Part shown: positions 1 to 13,029 of the stretch, piece after piece
Layout: every line of letters begins with the position of its first letter
Numbering within the stretch: position 1 is the stretch's first letter
Assembly: GCA_013239625.1 (NCBI GenBank)
Contig: MU054187.1
Span: 4,227,757-4,291,756, forward strand
Direction: 5' to 3'
Source of the DNA: Lama guanicoe
Taxonomy: Eukaryota
DNA: 64,000 nucleotides
The notes under the pieces: model-generated
Seen by the model: only the letters and a program-made list of their open reading frames with translations
The model's database searches: none
Told to the model about the DNA's origin: nothing
Position numbers and translations under genes: made by a program

Positions 1-519
1 GGATAAAATATCAAGGTTCCACCTCATCTTGCTTCACAGAGGACTTGGGGTGACCTACGTAATCACTGACATAGGAGATTCATGGAAATGTGCTCTGGGT
101 GTGGTCTCTTCCATCCTCTGTATTCAGGACGAAACGTGCACAACTGGATACCAGCATATCCAAAGTGCTGAATTTTTGTTTTCCAGAAACAGGGCTGGGG
201 ATTGATCCCTTACTGAGCTCTTTATTTCCTAAAATTACATGGCCAGGAGTCATCAGATCTGTTAGTCGCCAGTGTCGCTGCACATTAGAGTCACTTGAAG
301 AGCTTGTTGAACACTCTAGGCTCAAGGACCCCTCCTGAAGTCTACTATCTCAGCGTTTCTGAGAATCTGCATTTTCAAGAACAACTTAGTGAATTTTATA
401 AAATAAACCACTTGAATGAAGCCTGGCATTTGGAAATCTCTGAAAAGAACACATGCATCAGGTGTTTTAAAATAAGCCACACTATCTTAATCCAAAGGTT
501 AATGACTATTGCAACTTAT

Positions 520-890
520 TTTTTCTTTTACTCAACAAACATTCACTGTTAGTTATGTGCTAAGCACTCTTCTAAATATGGACTTTATTTGGACATTAGT
601 TAACAAGGCAAATATCATTTCTGTCCCTTTACAGAGGGACATAGATGTAATATAATACATAAATAAGACAATTAAAATAATTGCTAGCTATTATGAAAGA
701 TACATTATGAAGGAAATAAAAGGCATGGGGAAATGCTCTGGGTAAGGTTATTGGGAAAGGCTTAGCTTAAGGAAAAATATTTAACTAAATGGCATGAGGG
801 AGTCAACACACAAGTGTTTACACAGTGCAAGTAGCATGTGCAAAAGTCCTGTGGTGGACCAAGGTTTGAGCATTTGAAGAATCCAAGCCA
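520..890 (-). mobile_element. Old LINE-2 (L2) 3' fragment
   Basis: 'ctcaacaaacattcactgttagttatgtgctaagcactctt' and the later 'agcatgtgcaaaagtcctgtggtgg' resemble the reverse-complemented L2 3' region. Heavily decayed. Confidence 0.55.
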
Positions 891-2300
891 GAGAAGGAAG
901 TGGCCAAGATGGTAGAGTAAGAAGAGCCTCAGCTCGCTCCTCCCTTGGGCACACTAAACGTACCACTATTTACAGGTCAACTGTTGTTGAGAGAGACTGA
1001 AATCCATCAGAAAACATGGGTTTTAAAGGTATATCTTTGTATCTTCCACAACTAAAGATACAAAGGAGAAATCACAAGATGAATAGGAGGGGAGGGATAT
1101 GGTATATTCAAGACTCATAACCTAGGGTTGACAACAACAAACAGGAGGCTAATTACAACTGCAGAGTTTCTCTCCAAGGAGCAAGGTCTCCAGACCCCAC
1201 ACAGGGCTCATCAGACCGGTCTTCCTGCATGAGGACAAGGAGCCCCCAAAACATCTGGCTTTGGAGGCCAGCAGGGCTTACTTTCAGGAGAGCCAGAGGA
1301 CTGTGGGAAATAGAGATTCTGCTCTTATTGTAAAGGATGCACACAAAATTTCACATGCCCAAAGACCAGGACAGAAGCAGTAATTTGAAGGAGGCCTGGG
1401 TCACAACCACCTGCCGATCTTAGAGAGTCTCCCGCAGAGGCAGGAGGCAACCGAGACTCACCCTCGGGACACTGACACTGGTGGCGGGAGAGCATCTCAC
1501 CCAGGCGGCAGTGGTCTGGCAAGTACAATTTTGGAGCCGTCCTTCCAGCTTGTTAGCGCAGGACCTGGGCCCAGCCACCAGTCAGTCTACAGCAGTCTTG
1601 GGATGCCCCAGGACACGCATCTACTGGGAGGGGACACAACCCCACCCACCAGCAATCTGGCTGTCATAAGATTTCCTGAGCCTCCAGCCACACTGGGACC
1701 TGGCCCTGCCCACCACTGGGTCAACACTGGAACTGGCCTCAACCACTGAGCCGCAGGCACCAGCTGCAGGACCACTTGAGCCCCAGCCCTGCCCACAGGC
1801 AGGCTGAAAGCTCTGGGACCCCCCAAATCTGGGTCCACCCACCAGCAAGTGGAAAATAACTCTGGGACCCTGGGCCTCACAGCCAGCCACCTGGGACCCA
1901 CCTCCACTCACCAGACTCCCAGACTCCCTGGGGCTCCACAGCCAACCACCCCATGACCTGGCCCTGTCCACCAAGAGACCAGAACCAGGACCTTGATTTC
2001 TCTGGCCATGCAGCCAGATGTTCCTGCACCTGCCCTCATCCATCAGCAGCCTGAACCCTGTGCACACGGTAGGGCATAGCAACCAACCAGACCCGAGCCC
2101 GTCAGTACAAGCACAGCAGTCAACCCACCACGATGGAAAAATCCACACCCCCCCCATAGAGGATGCAGCTCTGGTGGCCAGAGAAGAATGTGCTGATGGG
2201 CCCCACAGGCTACCTCCTACGTAAAGCCACTTCTCCAAAACTGGGAAATGTAAACAACCTACCAAGTACACAGAAATTCTTAAAAAGTGAATTAGGCAAA

Positions 2301-2853
2301 ATGAGACAATTGAGGAATATGTTCCAAACAAAGAAACAAAATAAAACCTCAGAAGAAGAACTAAGTGAAGCGGAGATAAGCAATGAATTCAATAAAGAGT
2401 TTAAGGTCGTGATTATAAAGATGCTTGACGAACTCAGGAGAAAGAATGAACAGAATGAAAAGTCAGAAGTTTTTAATAAAGAGTCATAAATGGAGAGAAC
2501 AGCCAAACAGCTGAAGGATAAAATAACTGAAATAAAAAATAGTTGGACTAGAAGGAGTCAACAGTAGATCGGATAAGATAGAGGAACAGATCAACACATT
2601 GCAAGACAGAGTAATGGAAATCACTCAAGCTGAGCAGAAAAAAATAAAGTTTAAAAAATGAAGACAGTTTAAGAAACATCTGGGACAACATCACGCATTA
2701 TAGGGAGTCCCAGAGGAAGAGAAAGAGAAAGGGGCAGAAAACATATTTGAAGGCATAATAGCTGAAAGCTTTCCTAATCTGGGAAAGGAAACTGTCACTC
2801 AAGTCCAGACACTGCAGAGAGTCCCATACAGAATTAACCCAAACAGGACCACA
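2301..2853 (+). pseudogene. Degenerate L1 ORF1p N-terminal/coiled-coil region
   Basis: Translates as MRQLRNMFQTKKQNKTSEEELSEAEISNEFNKEFKVVIIKMLDELRRK..., typical of L1 ORF1p. Stops and frameshifts follow. Confidence 0.85.
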
Positions 2854-3258
2854 GCTAATATCACACTTAATGGTGAAAAGCTGAAAATAGTTCTTCTAAG
2901 ATCAGCAACAAGATAAGGATGCCCACTCTTGCCAGGTTTAGCAACATAAGATTGGAAGTCCTAGCCACAGCAATCAGACACGAAAAAGAAATAAAAGGCA
3001 TCCAAATATGAAAGGAAGAAGTAAAACTGTCACTGTTTGCAGATGACATGACGCTATACGTATAAAATCTTAAAGACATCACCAAGAAAATACTAGAACT
3101 CATCAATAAATCCAGTAAAGTTGCAGGATATAAAATTAATGCTCAGAAATCTGTCATGTTTCTGCACACTAACAATAAACTATCAGAAACAGAAATTAAG
3201 ACAATGATCCCATTTACAATCATGTCAATAAGAATAAAATGCTTAGGAGTAAATCTAA
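2849..3258 (+). pseudogene. Degenerate L1 ORF2p reverse-transcriptase segment
   Basis: Motifs [34 protein letters not shown], the catalytic LFADDM (tttgcagatgacatg, 3036-3050), KVAGYKIN and KCLGVNL. Disrupted by stops and indels. Confidence 0.9.
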
Positions 3259-4569
3259 TTCAGAGATGTAGCAGCTGTCACAGCTTGCAACAGAGCATTC
3301 TCTGCAGTGACCTGACAGCTAATTTTTCAAACTGGACACAAGAGAAGAGCATATGATGTATGTCCCATGAAATATATCTCTCAGTATTTCTCTTTCTTCA
3401 AGGCCAAATATTTGGATAAGTGCCTGTATTACCATTAGTCTGAGCCAAATGGTTTCTTGCAGCTGTCATCAGAAATGGGAGGTTTGGCTTCTCAGGAAAA
3501 AGGAAAGCAGGGAGGTGGCTCGCCCATCAGCATCATTTCTAAGGCCACATCTCTGAATGGGAAACGCAAGCTTTCTTCCCTCCTTAGCAGTCTGCAGAAG
3601 TGCACTGCCAGAGTTCAGTCTGCCGGCCTTCAGCTGTAGGCTTTCTAGTTTTTAAATGGTGATCTCCAAAAAGTCAAGGCTGAGCGATTCTGCCCTGGGC
3701 TGCACGCATACAGTGGCCCCACTGGGAGAAATGTCTACAGGAATGAAGTTTTACCCTTTGAGCAAACTGTTTAGTGGAAGACGGGGAGGATAGAGAGCTG
3801 CTTAAACTCTGCAGTGGAACAGCTGGGGGTTAGTCTCCTTTCAATTGTGAAAGTAAAATATGACATGGGCAGTGACATAGGTTATAAACAGGGAAAAGTG
3901 TAAAATTAAATTGATGGTAATTGTGTACCACTGGCATGTTAGTAATTTGACATATGCTAGCTATTAAGAGTGGGTGTTTGTAAACTAAAAATAGTAAATG
4001 GTTCGTGGCCTATTAAAGGGAGGACTCTGCTATGTTTTAATTAACCTTGCTGTTCTCTGCCAGCCTCTGCTGCATTTGTATGGACCTTACAGAAGATGAG
4101 GTTTCTAAATGGGCTATTTGTTTGCTCACACTTCTAGCTAATAGGTCTGGGAAGCCATAGAGCGATGGCTCAATGTCACAATTCAACTCACCACAGAGTT
4201 TTGTGAGGGGAGATGCAGCTGGAAAATAAAGTCCTATCAAGTCAGTCTCTAAGGCATGTGATTCGTGCCTCTACCGCGTCTAAAAGTGGATTCAGGTTGA
4301 TTTAGTAACTCAAGGTGGAGACAGCACGAGTGGCTGAGAAAGCATTCGTTGTGTTCATCCAAGCTCTTTAAGACATAAACACAAATTAACAACGGAGGTG
4401 TCTGATGTTCCAGAATGAATAACTGTTAAAGTTAAGTCCTCTGGAAAGCATAAAAATCACTCTCCCCAGGTGAGCCAGATTCCATTCAATTTAACCAACG
4501 ATCACCGAGCAGCTACTGTGCGCTTCGCATGGCTTTGGGAGCTGACGGTGCGTTTCTAGAGCATCGCTT

Positions 4570-4730
4570 CCACATCCATGAGCTTGTTTAAAAACGTCCT
4601 CAACACAACCTTTTCAAAGGTATTATCTATTTTTGACAGAGGAGAGGATTGGAGTTTAGAATTAAGTCACTGGCTCGATTCCACACAGCTAGCAGGTAGT
4701 GCAATTAGGACTGGACCTCAAAGTTCCTTT
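4570..4730 (-). mobile_element. MIR SINE fragment
   Basis: Degenerate MIR core: 'ctatttttgacagaggagaggattggag...ccacacagctagcaggtagt'. Confidence 0.5.
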
Positions 4731-5184
4731 AACTCAACTGATTTATGTATTCATCTAATTTTGGTAAGTGCCATCTAAGTGCAAGTACCGTGCCAGTGCT
4801 GGGCACATAATCTATCCAAGGAACAGGAAACGAGTCTCACCCTCATGGTCCTTGGGATTTTGGAAGGCAGACGCTCATTACACAAACCTGAGTACATTTT
4901 TCAATTATAAAAATTGTCTCATAGAAGGACTCTCTGAGAAAGTAACACTTTGAGCTGAGACTTGAAGGAGTTACTTAGGCGAAGAAAGCGGCACGTGTGT
5001 GGGGGGAGGACGGTGGGGACAGACAGGCAACTGACATTCTTGAACCCTCTTAGGTAACGGGCGCTCAAGGCCCTGCAGAAGACAGATGGGGGCCAGCTGG
5101 GAGCAAAGTGCCCTGGAAGGAGCAGGGCCTCCCAGTCCCCCAGACTCAGGGGAAACTTCCACAGCCACCACGGACTGTCTAGAC

Positions 5185-5350
5185 TAGAGGTTCCCACAGT
5201 GAGAGCCTGGACCAGGATCAGACGTACATGGGGACTCATTATACATGCAAATTCTCTAGTCTCGCCCCAGATCTACCAAATTAAAACTCGGGGGGTGGGG
5301 CCTAGAAATCTGAATACTAACAAGACCTTCAAGCATCTCAGACGCACATC
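5185..5350. mobile_element. MER5A-like hAT-Charlie DNA transposon fragment
   Basis: 'atgcaaattctctagtctcgccccagatctaccaaattaaaactcgggggtggggcctagaaatctg' matches the MER5A pattern. Confidence 0.6.
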
Positions 5351-5354
5351 AGAG

Positions 5355-5500
5355 TCTGAGAACCTGATCTTTGTTACCTTGAGCAAGTCCGTTCACTTCT
5401 CTGAGTCTCCGTTAGTCCAGCTGCAAAATTGGGCCGAGACTCTGAGGGTCAAATGAGTTCCATTTGCTAAATATGTGTCCTCAGGTAATGATATTAGTAT
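5355..5500 (+). mobile_element. MIR SINE fragment
   Basis: MIR core-like: 'gttaccttgagcaagtccgttcacttctctgagtctccgttagtccagctgcaaaattggg'. Confidence 0.6.
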
Positions 5501-6564
5501 AATAGACATTGGGTCAGTAACTCCTCTTGGAGGTAAGCGGGGAGTTGTGGAGGGGCTGCCTCGCAGTACGCCACTTATTTGTGCAAAGAAGCTAAACTCT
5601 GGTGATGAGTCTTTTCCTTTGTGGCTTATGCTCAATTCTCTTGTTAGATTCAGGTCACAACATCTGGTTCAAAGTTCCCTCGATATTTATTGGCTGCCCT
5701 GCAACCCTTTAGGCTGAAATCATTCTGCCCTGTTACCCAGTTGATGTTCCTCTGACAATTCTTCACGGACGTTTTCAAGTGAGGTGCAAAGTCAAGTGTA
5801 AGAAATCCAAGTTTCTCATAGAAGTTTGTCTGCGGCACAAGGATTTCATTTGTTATTGTCCACCAAGTGCTCCTCACAAAAACATTTTTCTTTCTTGTCT
5901 CAACCTGAATATTATCTGAGTCGAAACTTTTAAAATATGTGGAAGCTGCCCAACTTGAGAGGTACGCTTTCAAAAACTAACATCGCCTCTGCAGAATTTC
6001 ACCCTCTGAAGCTAAGGAAGTTAGCAATTGCATGCTTGCTGGGCGACTGAGTTTCATTTTAAGCATGTGGTGGACTGGCAGGTAACAGGGGAGCCACTTA
6101 GAGAAAATGGCAGGTGTAAGGGCACCTGTCCATCATGTAAAAGGCCACTACACCTCCCAAGGTAAGACAGATGTCATTTTATTGGAGCGAAAAAACAACT
6201 AGGACAAAAAGCCAATTAGCATTGAGTGGTCCACAAGGAGAGTTACCAAGAGAAGACAACTTTTGGCCTCTGAGAATGCTGATTGTCAAGAAACATCGTT
6301 ATCACACCAAATCTGCGTTGTGCGTATAGGAGCATTACTGTATCAGCATTCGTTTAATTAAAAGCAACCTCATCATTATTCATTGATACCCCTCTTAAGT
6401 GAGGGCAATTACTTTCTCAGCAAGGAATCATTACGGGGACGTATAAATCATTCTCTTTCCTTTAAGTGTGGACGGATTCTGGAGAATGAAAGCCACAGAG
6501 AAGCTGCTTCTCAGTCCCCAGCGAGCCACGAGATGGCTCTGTCAGGGTTTTCTTTTGACTTTTA

Positions 6565-6736
6565 AATATTTTTATCGAAGTATAGAAAACAAACTTATCG
6601 TTACTGGGGTGGGGGGCGGGAAGGGGGTGGGCAGGGATAAATTGGGAGCTTGAGATTTTCAAATACTAACTAATATATATAAAATCAATGAACAACAAGT
6701 TTCTACTGTACAGCGCAGGGAACTGTATTCAGCATC
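6565..6736 (-). mobile_element. Short L1 3'-end insertion with inverted segment
   Basis: 'tttttatcgaagtatag' (reverse-complemented L1 terminus) is joined to + strand L1 3'UTR 'aaaacaaacttat...gggataaattgggagcttgagatt...cagggaactgtattca'. Confidence 0.75.
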
Positions 6737-8781
6737 GATCAGGAACCTTAAACATGCGTTTTTCTTGGCTGGTTCCTAGAGAGGATGAGCCGTGTCCACG
6801 CTTGCAGTTGCACAGTTAGTAAGCACTGCTCTGGCTGGAGTTGCTGTTTTCTGGTTTGTACAGCTTTTGAGAGGAACAGTGAAGATTTGGTACTTCTAAT
6901 GCCTAAATATCAGAATGCTCTGGAGATGAGTGTCACCTCCTTAGAGTGGCTTCTGGGAGCAGAATCAATACAATTTCTGTCAAGCACTCAGAAGCATCAC
7001 TCGAACCTCATTCAGTTCCTCCTGGCTTGGTACACAGTTCCAAATGAGGCTATTTAAAAAAGTGAAAACGCTACAGAAGCAATGCTTTCTTTTTTCTTGA
7101 TTTGAGAGCAAATTAGGAAATTAGAAAATCTGGAAATGAGATTTGCCAGGGGAAGTGTCTTCTGAGCCCTGAGTCTCCATCCCACTGAAAGACTACAGCG
7201 GAGCTTAATCAGCCCAGACTGTCAGTCACCATCTGCCCCTCAGTGGAGCGCGCGCTCCCACTATCTGTAATAAAAAACTAATTTATTTAGATCTCCTGTT
7301 GTGTTCTGAAATTGCTTTCCGTGGCTTCTGTAGAGTTTCATAGTCCACTAATAAAGGACGTACATTTTTGGTTAGGAATTCAGTTTGGCAACATTCACAG
7401 GAATGTCCCAGCCTTTCTTCCCATTTTCTCTTCTTAAAACATCCTCTTCATATCCTGCGCACGTAGTGACCTTGAATAACCATTTTTATCCTATGAAAAG
7501 GGGGCATATGAGCAACTCCGGGCTGTAACAAAGTGAAAGCAAATCGAAGCTCGCGTGCTGGCGAAGCTCACTGCGGTAACTGAAAATGAGCACCACTCAA
7601 CATGTGTCCCTTCTCCATTGCCGTAAGTACATGGGCCCTTACCCCTAGTAGCTTAGAATCGGAAATAATATGGCGATCAGAGAATTTTTTTCAAAAAACG
7701 TTTAAGGAAAGAGTATGTCACACTTACTTCCAGAAGTAACTCTCGACCCTGAGTGTGATTCTTCCCAAACTGTGCTTTCTCTGTGACGTGCTCTGGTTAC
7801 GGACAGTTTTATCTCTATTATTAAGTTCTTTATTCGCTAGAAACACAGTGATAAGGAAGACAAGGAGTCATGTCTAACAGTGTTGAATACGGCCTTTCGA
7901 ACAGACTAGTTAGTTGTTACAAACTCCCTGGATGTGCTGAGAACTCTTTGGCTAATTGAAGCAGTATTTATCACCGGCCTTTAAGAAACTTCAGAGGAAC
8001 CCAGCTCACAGACGTCCACTCCTTAACCTCCCTTTCAAGAAACCCTCTTCTTCCCACTATTTTTTTTTTTTGGAAGACTAAGAGTCCATTGGGAGGGGAC
8101 AATACTATTACAATTTTAAAGTGGGAAAAATTCCACAAACATCCAGTACTTCATAGAGGAGCAACAAGCAGTTACCGAAAGAAGTGATCAAACAAAATAG
8201 GACGGATCCTCATTCCAGGAATGACGCGGCTTTATGCAAAGCCCAGACAGCTCTGCGTGGCCGCCGCTGGGCTGTGCTGGGGAACACCTGTGCCGGGCTG
8301 TGCGTTGGCCTCCCCGCCTCTCACAGCACCTCGGAGCTCTGCCCTCCCCAGCTCTGCAGGTAGCAAAGCCCGTCCACCACGGAAGGATGAGGGGGACTGA
8401 AGCCAGAAGGAAAGTGAAGATGTGGGACAAAGATGTCATTGTCATAATTAAGGAGGCCAGGGCTTAAAGAGGAGTAGAGGCTTATCCAACGCTGCACAGC
8501 TAGTTTGGATATTTAATGAGTAGGAGAATTTCTAGCAAGTATTATTTAGGGTAGTGATTTTAATTTCTTTGTGGAAACTGAGGCAAGATTTTAATCACCG
8601 GGCAGTTTCTCCACCTATTAGTTTATAAAGCACGGGGCATTGCATTCAGTATCGGGTCTCAGAGAACAATAATCTCTAATCTACAGTCTTCCTCACTTGG
8701 TCTTTAGCCCTCTACCTGCAAGAGGACACGATGATGAGAAAGACATAAGAGGAAAGTAATGGAGAGTTAGATTATGACACC

Positions 8782-9170
8782 TTTCATTCATTTATTCAGC
8801 CAAGATTATTGCACGTTTATTCTATGCCAGCCTCTGATGCGGGCACTGGGAATGAAGTCCTGGGCAGACAGTGAACACTCCTAATTGTTTAGATCTAATG
8901 TTCTATTAGGGAGAGGCAGAAATAAGCAAGTACACTTCATACCATGGAAGTGTCACCATGGAAACTGGTCCTGGATGAAAACCAGGGGACTGTGAATGGG
9001 AGGGAGAGGAAAATCCATGATCCTTTGGACTGGGGGGACGGTGCTTCCCAGGGGAGGTGACGTTGGAACTGAGGCCTAATAATTAAGATGAACCACCCAG
9101 GAGAGAATCCGGTAGAGCCCCAGGCAGGAGAAATCTTGGCATCTTCAAGCAGCAGAAGGCAAGCCAGGAG
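8782..9170 (-). mobile_element. L2 3' fragment
   Basis: 'ttcattcatttattcagccaagattattgcacgtttattctatgccagcc...gcactgggaat' is a reverse-complemented L2 tail. Confidence 0.65.
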
Positions 9171-11080
9171 GCTGGTTCTCAGGCGTGACCCTGGTCCTCT
9201 GGAGTCTCCAGCTTCCTGCGCACATCCATGCAGCTGAACTTCACAAACTAGGACATGAGAATATATTTATTAGTAGAAAGCTGTTACACTCCTTTTCCAG
9301 GGCCATGGCTTTGGTCCATGGTGCCCTAGTCTTACCCCAGGCTGACTGTAGTGGTGTCTTATATGCGAGCTCTCCCCTCAGTACCACCATCCGAGGATGC
9401 CAGGTTAAATTCTCTGAGCCTTTTACGGCTCAGAAACACATAACACTGTATAGTAGTCAACCCCCAAAGCCTTATTCTCCCATTCAAGTTCTTCCTCAAT
9501 AAACTTCCAACATCAACCCTATTTTGGACTGGCCTCCTTCTCCCATCCAACAGGCTGTGATACGGCCCCTCCCTGCATACCACGTTTATCCATTTCTGTG
9601 CTTTTGGTCTTGCCAACCCCCTGCTCACAATGCCCTAGTCTCTCATTTCTATATCAAAATCCTTCTCATTGTTTAAAATGTAGCTCAAATTACTCTTCCT
9701 TCATAAATTACCCTCTAGTAACTCCAATGACTTGAAGACTTGGCTATGAAGCTAAAGAATGGCTATGTATTATTTTTTATTTTTAAAATTCTGCTAAAAT
9801 GGAGCCCTGGAATCTGTGTTTAAAAAATCTTCCCAGGTGGATCCGAGGAGGTTCAAGTACATGAGAATACATGTTGATAAAAAGTGAATAGACTCTTTGT
9901 CAGTTTATTTATTATGAGCAGATGGCCCTGGAATAAACATCTTTCTGTGTCTGCCATGGTGTTTCTCTGCGTTGAATTTTATATTCGACGGTGCATCAGA
10001 CGAGACAGGCTTCTGTTGCTGATTTAAACCAGCCGTATCTGCCGGTGATGGAGGCCATTCAAAAGCTACTCGCTGCTGAAAGAACAATAGATTATCATCA
10101 TCTCCTTTCAGGGCTAAATGTTTTCCAGAAATAATTGAAGGTATTTTCTTAAAGTCATCTGTGAGACTGGAAACTGGCTTGAATTATATTGTGCTCAAAT
10201 CATCACAGGTTATATTTCCTGAGCGAAGATGGAGAAGAGAAGGCACTATTGCATATGGAGAAAACAATCAGCTTTTGACACTTAATTTCTTTCTTCCTGA
10301 AAAATGGTAACGCCTTTTGCTTCTAAATTACAGTAGACAAAATGATAAGCAACTGCCTGGAACAAATACCTCCTGAATTTCCCAACACCACAGTCCCACA
10401 AAAGTCTACTCAAAATAGCAAAGAAGCAAACTGTCAAGAGTGACATGTGTGGGCCAACATCCTGATTTCTTGTTAAGTTTATTTTGAGTACTTTGTGACC
10501 CAGTGCCAAGTGTCGTAAAGGCTTTGCTGTGAGCAGTTAGCCCAGCCAGCTTGATAACAAGACTGAAAAATGGGTCTGAGTCTGTAAGAGTGAGTTCGAA
10601 CTGCCCCAATGTACAATAGCCAGTGTCTTAAGTGGGACCAGTCACTAACCTTGGTCTTCAGTGTGAAGAGGTCAACGCAAAACCATCCCTGTAGGGTAAG
10701 ATCAAGATGGCCAGGAGGGCCGAAAACATAATGAGAAGCCATCTGTTATGGGGTACAATGGACAGTCCCAAAATTTAGAACCATCGAAATTTTAATTAAA
10801 TGCCTTAATTCTAGTGACGTCTTTTTCCTAACTAATACATATTTTTGACAAAAGAAAAGCTTGACTTTAAAATGAACTCTAGTAGTCCTCCTTGGAACGT
10901 TCAGACTTCAGATGCTGTGTATTAAAGAATGAGGGATGAGAGGGTCATCACTCGTGTGTGCCAGCGTCATGTCTCTGGTAGAGACTGCGTCCCCCAGAGG
11001 GAGAAGCCGGGGAGGCCACGCAAGGAGAACGGCAGTGAGCAATAGTGAAGGACAGTGCTGAGGGGCAGTGCTAAGAGGTG

Positions 11081-11135
11081 GTACTGGGGTAGCACTGAGT
11101 GTCAGTACCGGGGGTAGCACTGAGTGCCAGTACTG
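11081..11135. repeat. Short tandem repeat, ~2 copies of a 24-25 bp unit
   Basis: gtactggggtagcactgagtgtca / gtaccgggggtagcactgagtgcca / gtactg. Confidence 0.8.
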
Positions 11136-12384
11136 AAGATGCCACCAGCTTTTACATCTTGGAGACAAGCTCCTGGCAAAACTCCCTCCTTCAGCTACCC
11201 TTCTGTCTACTTATCGTCTGTTTATCCTAGAATTCAAATGTGGAAGTGATTCCATTGTCACCAGAATGCAGATTAGCACATTTATTTGAATTGGAATGAG
11301 CTAGGCTTTCTGAGAGAAAGTAAGCAGGATTTTCCTGACATGTTTGACAGAGCAGATTTTCTGGCTAGGTTGATGGCGAATTTTTTTTTAACAGTATAAA
11401 CAGGAGCACCAAAGTTTCAATGAAAATAACTTCAAAGGAAACAAACATATTCTGTATATTGGTAGATGTGTATTGATATTAGTATCTGTATTTTCCAACT
11501 ATTTCTGAAAAGAAGATTAGTTTAAAAGGTGCCTGTAAGTCAAAACGAGATAGGTATGATTAAACCATTTGATAGCACGTGGGAGAGCCTTTTTGGTGTA
11601 GATCCTGGTGCCAAGGAAGTGGATTGCTCATGACTGGTAACAAATCCTCTTTATGTGAATCAGTTCCCTACATTTTCTTTTAATAAATAAAAGGAGGGAT
11701 GAGCTGAGTCATCAGCTGAGAGGACTTACTGGGAGGACCTAATTACCTCACCAGTTGATAGAGCCATTTAAATAGTTATTGGTCACAATGGGATTTATTT
11801 GGCATGTAATCCAGAAAGGTTCAAAAGTTTGGGAGACATTCCTATAATAAAAATTTGTTTATGTATTTTTTTAATAAAAAATGACAGGGGGACTAATAAA
11901 AGACTCTCCAGCACAGAAATATATTACATGAAGATATAGTTTCTGTGGGGTAGGTAGATGGTATTATCACTCCAAAGAGAAAAAGTAATGTAAGTTTTTC
12001 AACTGTTGAAGAACTTATAAATGCATGGTTTAAATAGATGTTGATTGATATCAAATGACTATGGTGATTAAAGCCAATGCATGCATTTAAGTGATCATGT
12101 GAAATTTTCATTTAAAGTCATCAATATTTATAATACTCAAGAAATTGCACCTTCATAGTTATTTAATTCATGATGAAGAATTTGAAATACCACCTAAAAG
12201 TTTGCAATTGTATATATTTTATTCAAATTTCTTTTAGGTAGCACATAATAAACCATTTGGAAGGTCACTGACTTTTAATATAGGCACAAGATCCCTTTCC
12301 TTGGGTTCTAAGTGCTTCAGAGGCTGGGAAGTGGTTAGACATATTCATGTTGGCCACTAGGAGAAAGGACGCATCATGGCACTA

Positions 12385-12570
12385 CAAGGGGGCACTCTGA
12401 AGTCAGAGCTCTGGGTTCACAAGCCTGCTTAGAGTGTCACTTGTAATTGTGATAATGGACAAGTTAACCTCTTATCCAGCTCCTCACTGACGCAATGAAT
12501 CCAGTGGGATAGGAGATTACATTAGATAACATGTCAAGTGTCCAAGATAAGGTGTCATTCATATAGAATG
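12385..12570 (+). mobile_element. MIR SINE fragment
   Basis: 'gcactctgaagtcagagctctgggttcacaagcctgct...ggacaagttaacctct'. Confidence 0.5.
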
Positions 12571-13029
12571 AGTATGAAAAAGAGCCATTAAATGGGTCTG
12601 CTCAGAGTTTCTCTATAAAGAGGTCATTAACTTTGAGTTTGAAGGGTGTCAACTGGTTTTAATAGTTTTAATTTTCATTCTTCTTGGAATACAAGATAAA
12701 ATTTCTCATTCTGATTCTCATTTGTGTGTGTGTGTGCACAGGCATCTGCGAAATAAAAATGCTGGAAAGGAATGCTACGTGGAAATTATGCTTGTTTTTA
12801 GCATACAGGTGGTCACCAAAAATAAGAAACTTGGAAAGGTGTAATAAGATGCTTCCTCATAGGCTGAAAAGGAGATAATAAAAAAAATTTTATCTCACAT
12901 TGGCATTGCCAGTAACAAATATGCAGTTTATTAAAATGAATATGCAGTAGGAACTAAAGTAACAGAGACAACAGTGACCCTTAAGGACAAAGAGCAAGTC
13001 CTTTGCTTCTGGCAGCAAAGAGCAGCCCA

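Larger units (their letters stand above)
893..3258 (+). mobile_element. LINE-1 with 5'UTR, partial ORF1 and partial ORF2 (internally deleted, lacking its 3' end)
   Basis: Begins with an L1 5' motif (ggaagtggccaagatggtagagtaagaag), followed by ~1.4 kb of C-rich UTR, A-rich ORF1-like sequence and RT-domain sequence. Confidence 0.9.

Noticed and set aside
1621..2331. Longest ORF in the track (236 aa, minus strand) as a gene
   Set aside because: It is the antisense reading of the C-rich L1 5'UTR and ORF1 start, giving a G/W-rich product with no recognisable domain.
7501..7622. In-frame TGA as a selenocysteine codon
   Set aside because: No selenoprotein-like context and no identifiable SECIS; the exon itself is unconfirmed.
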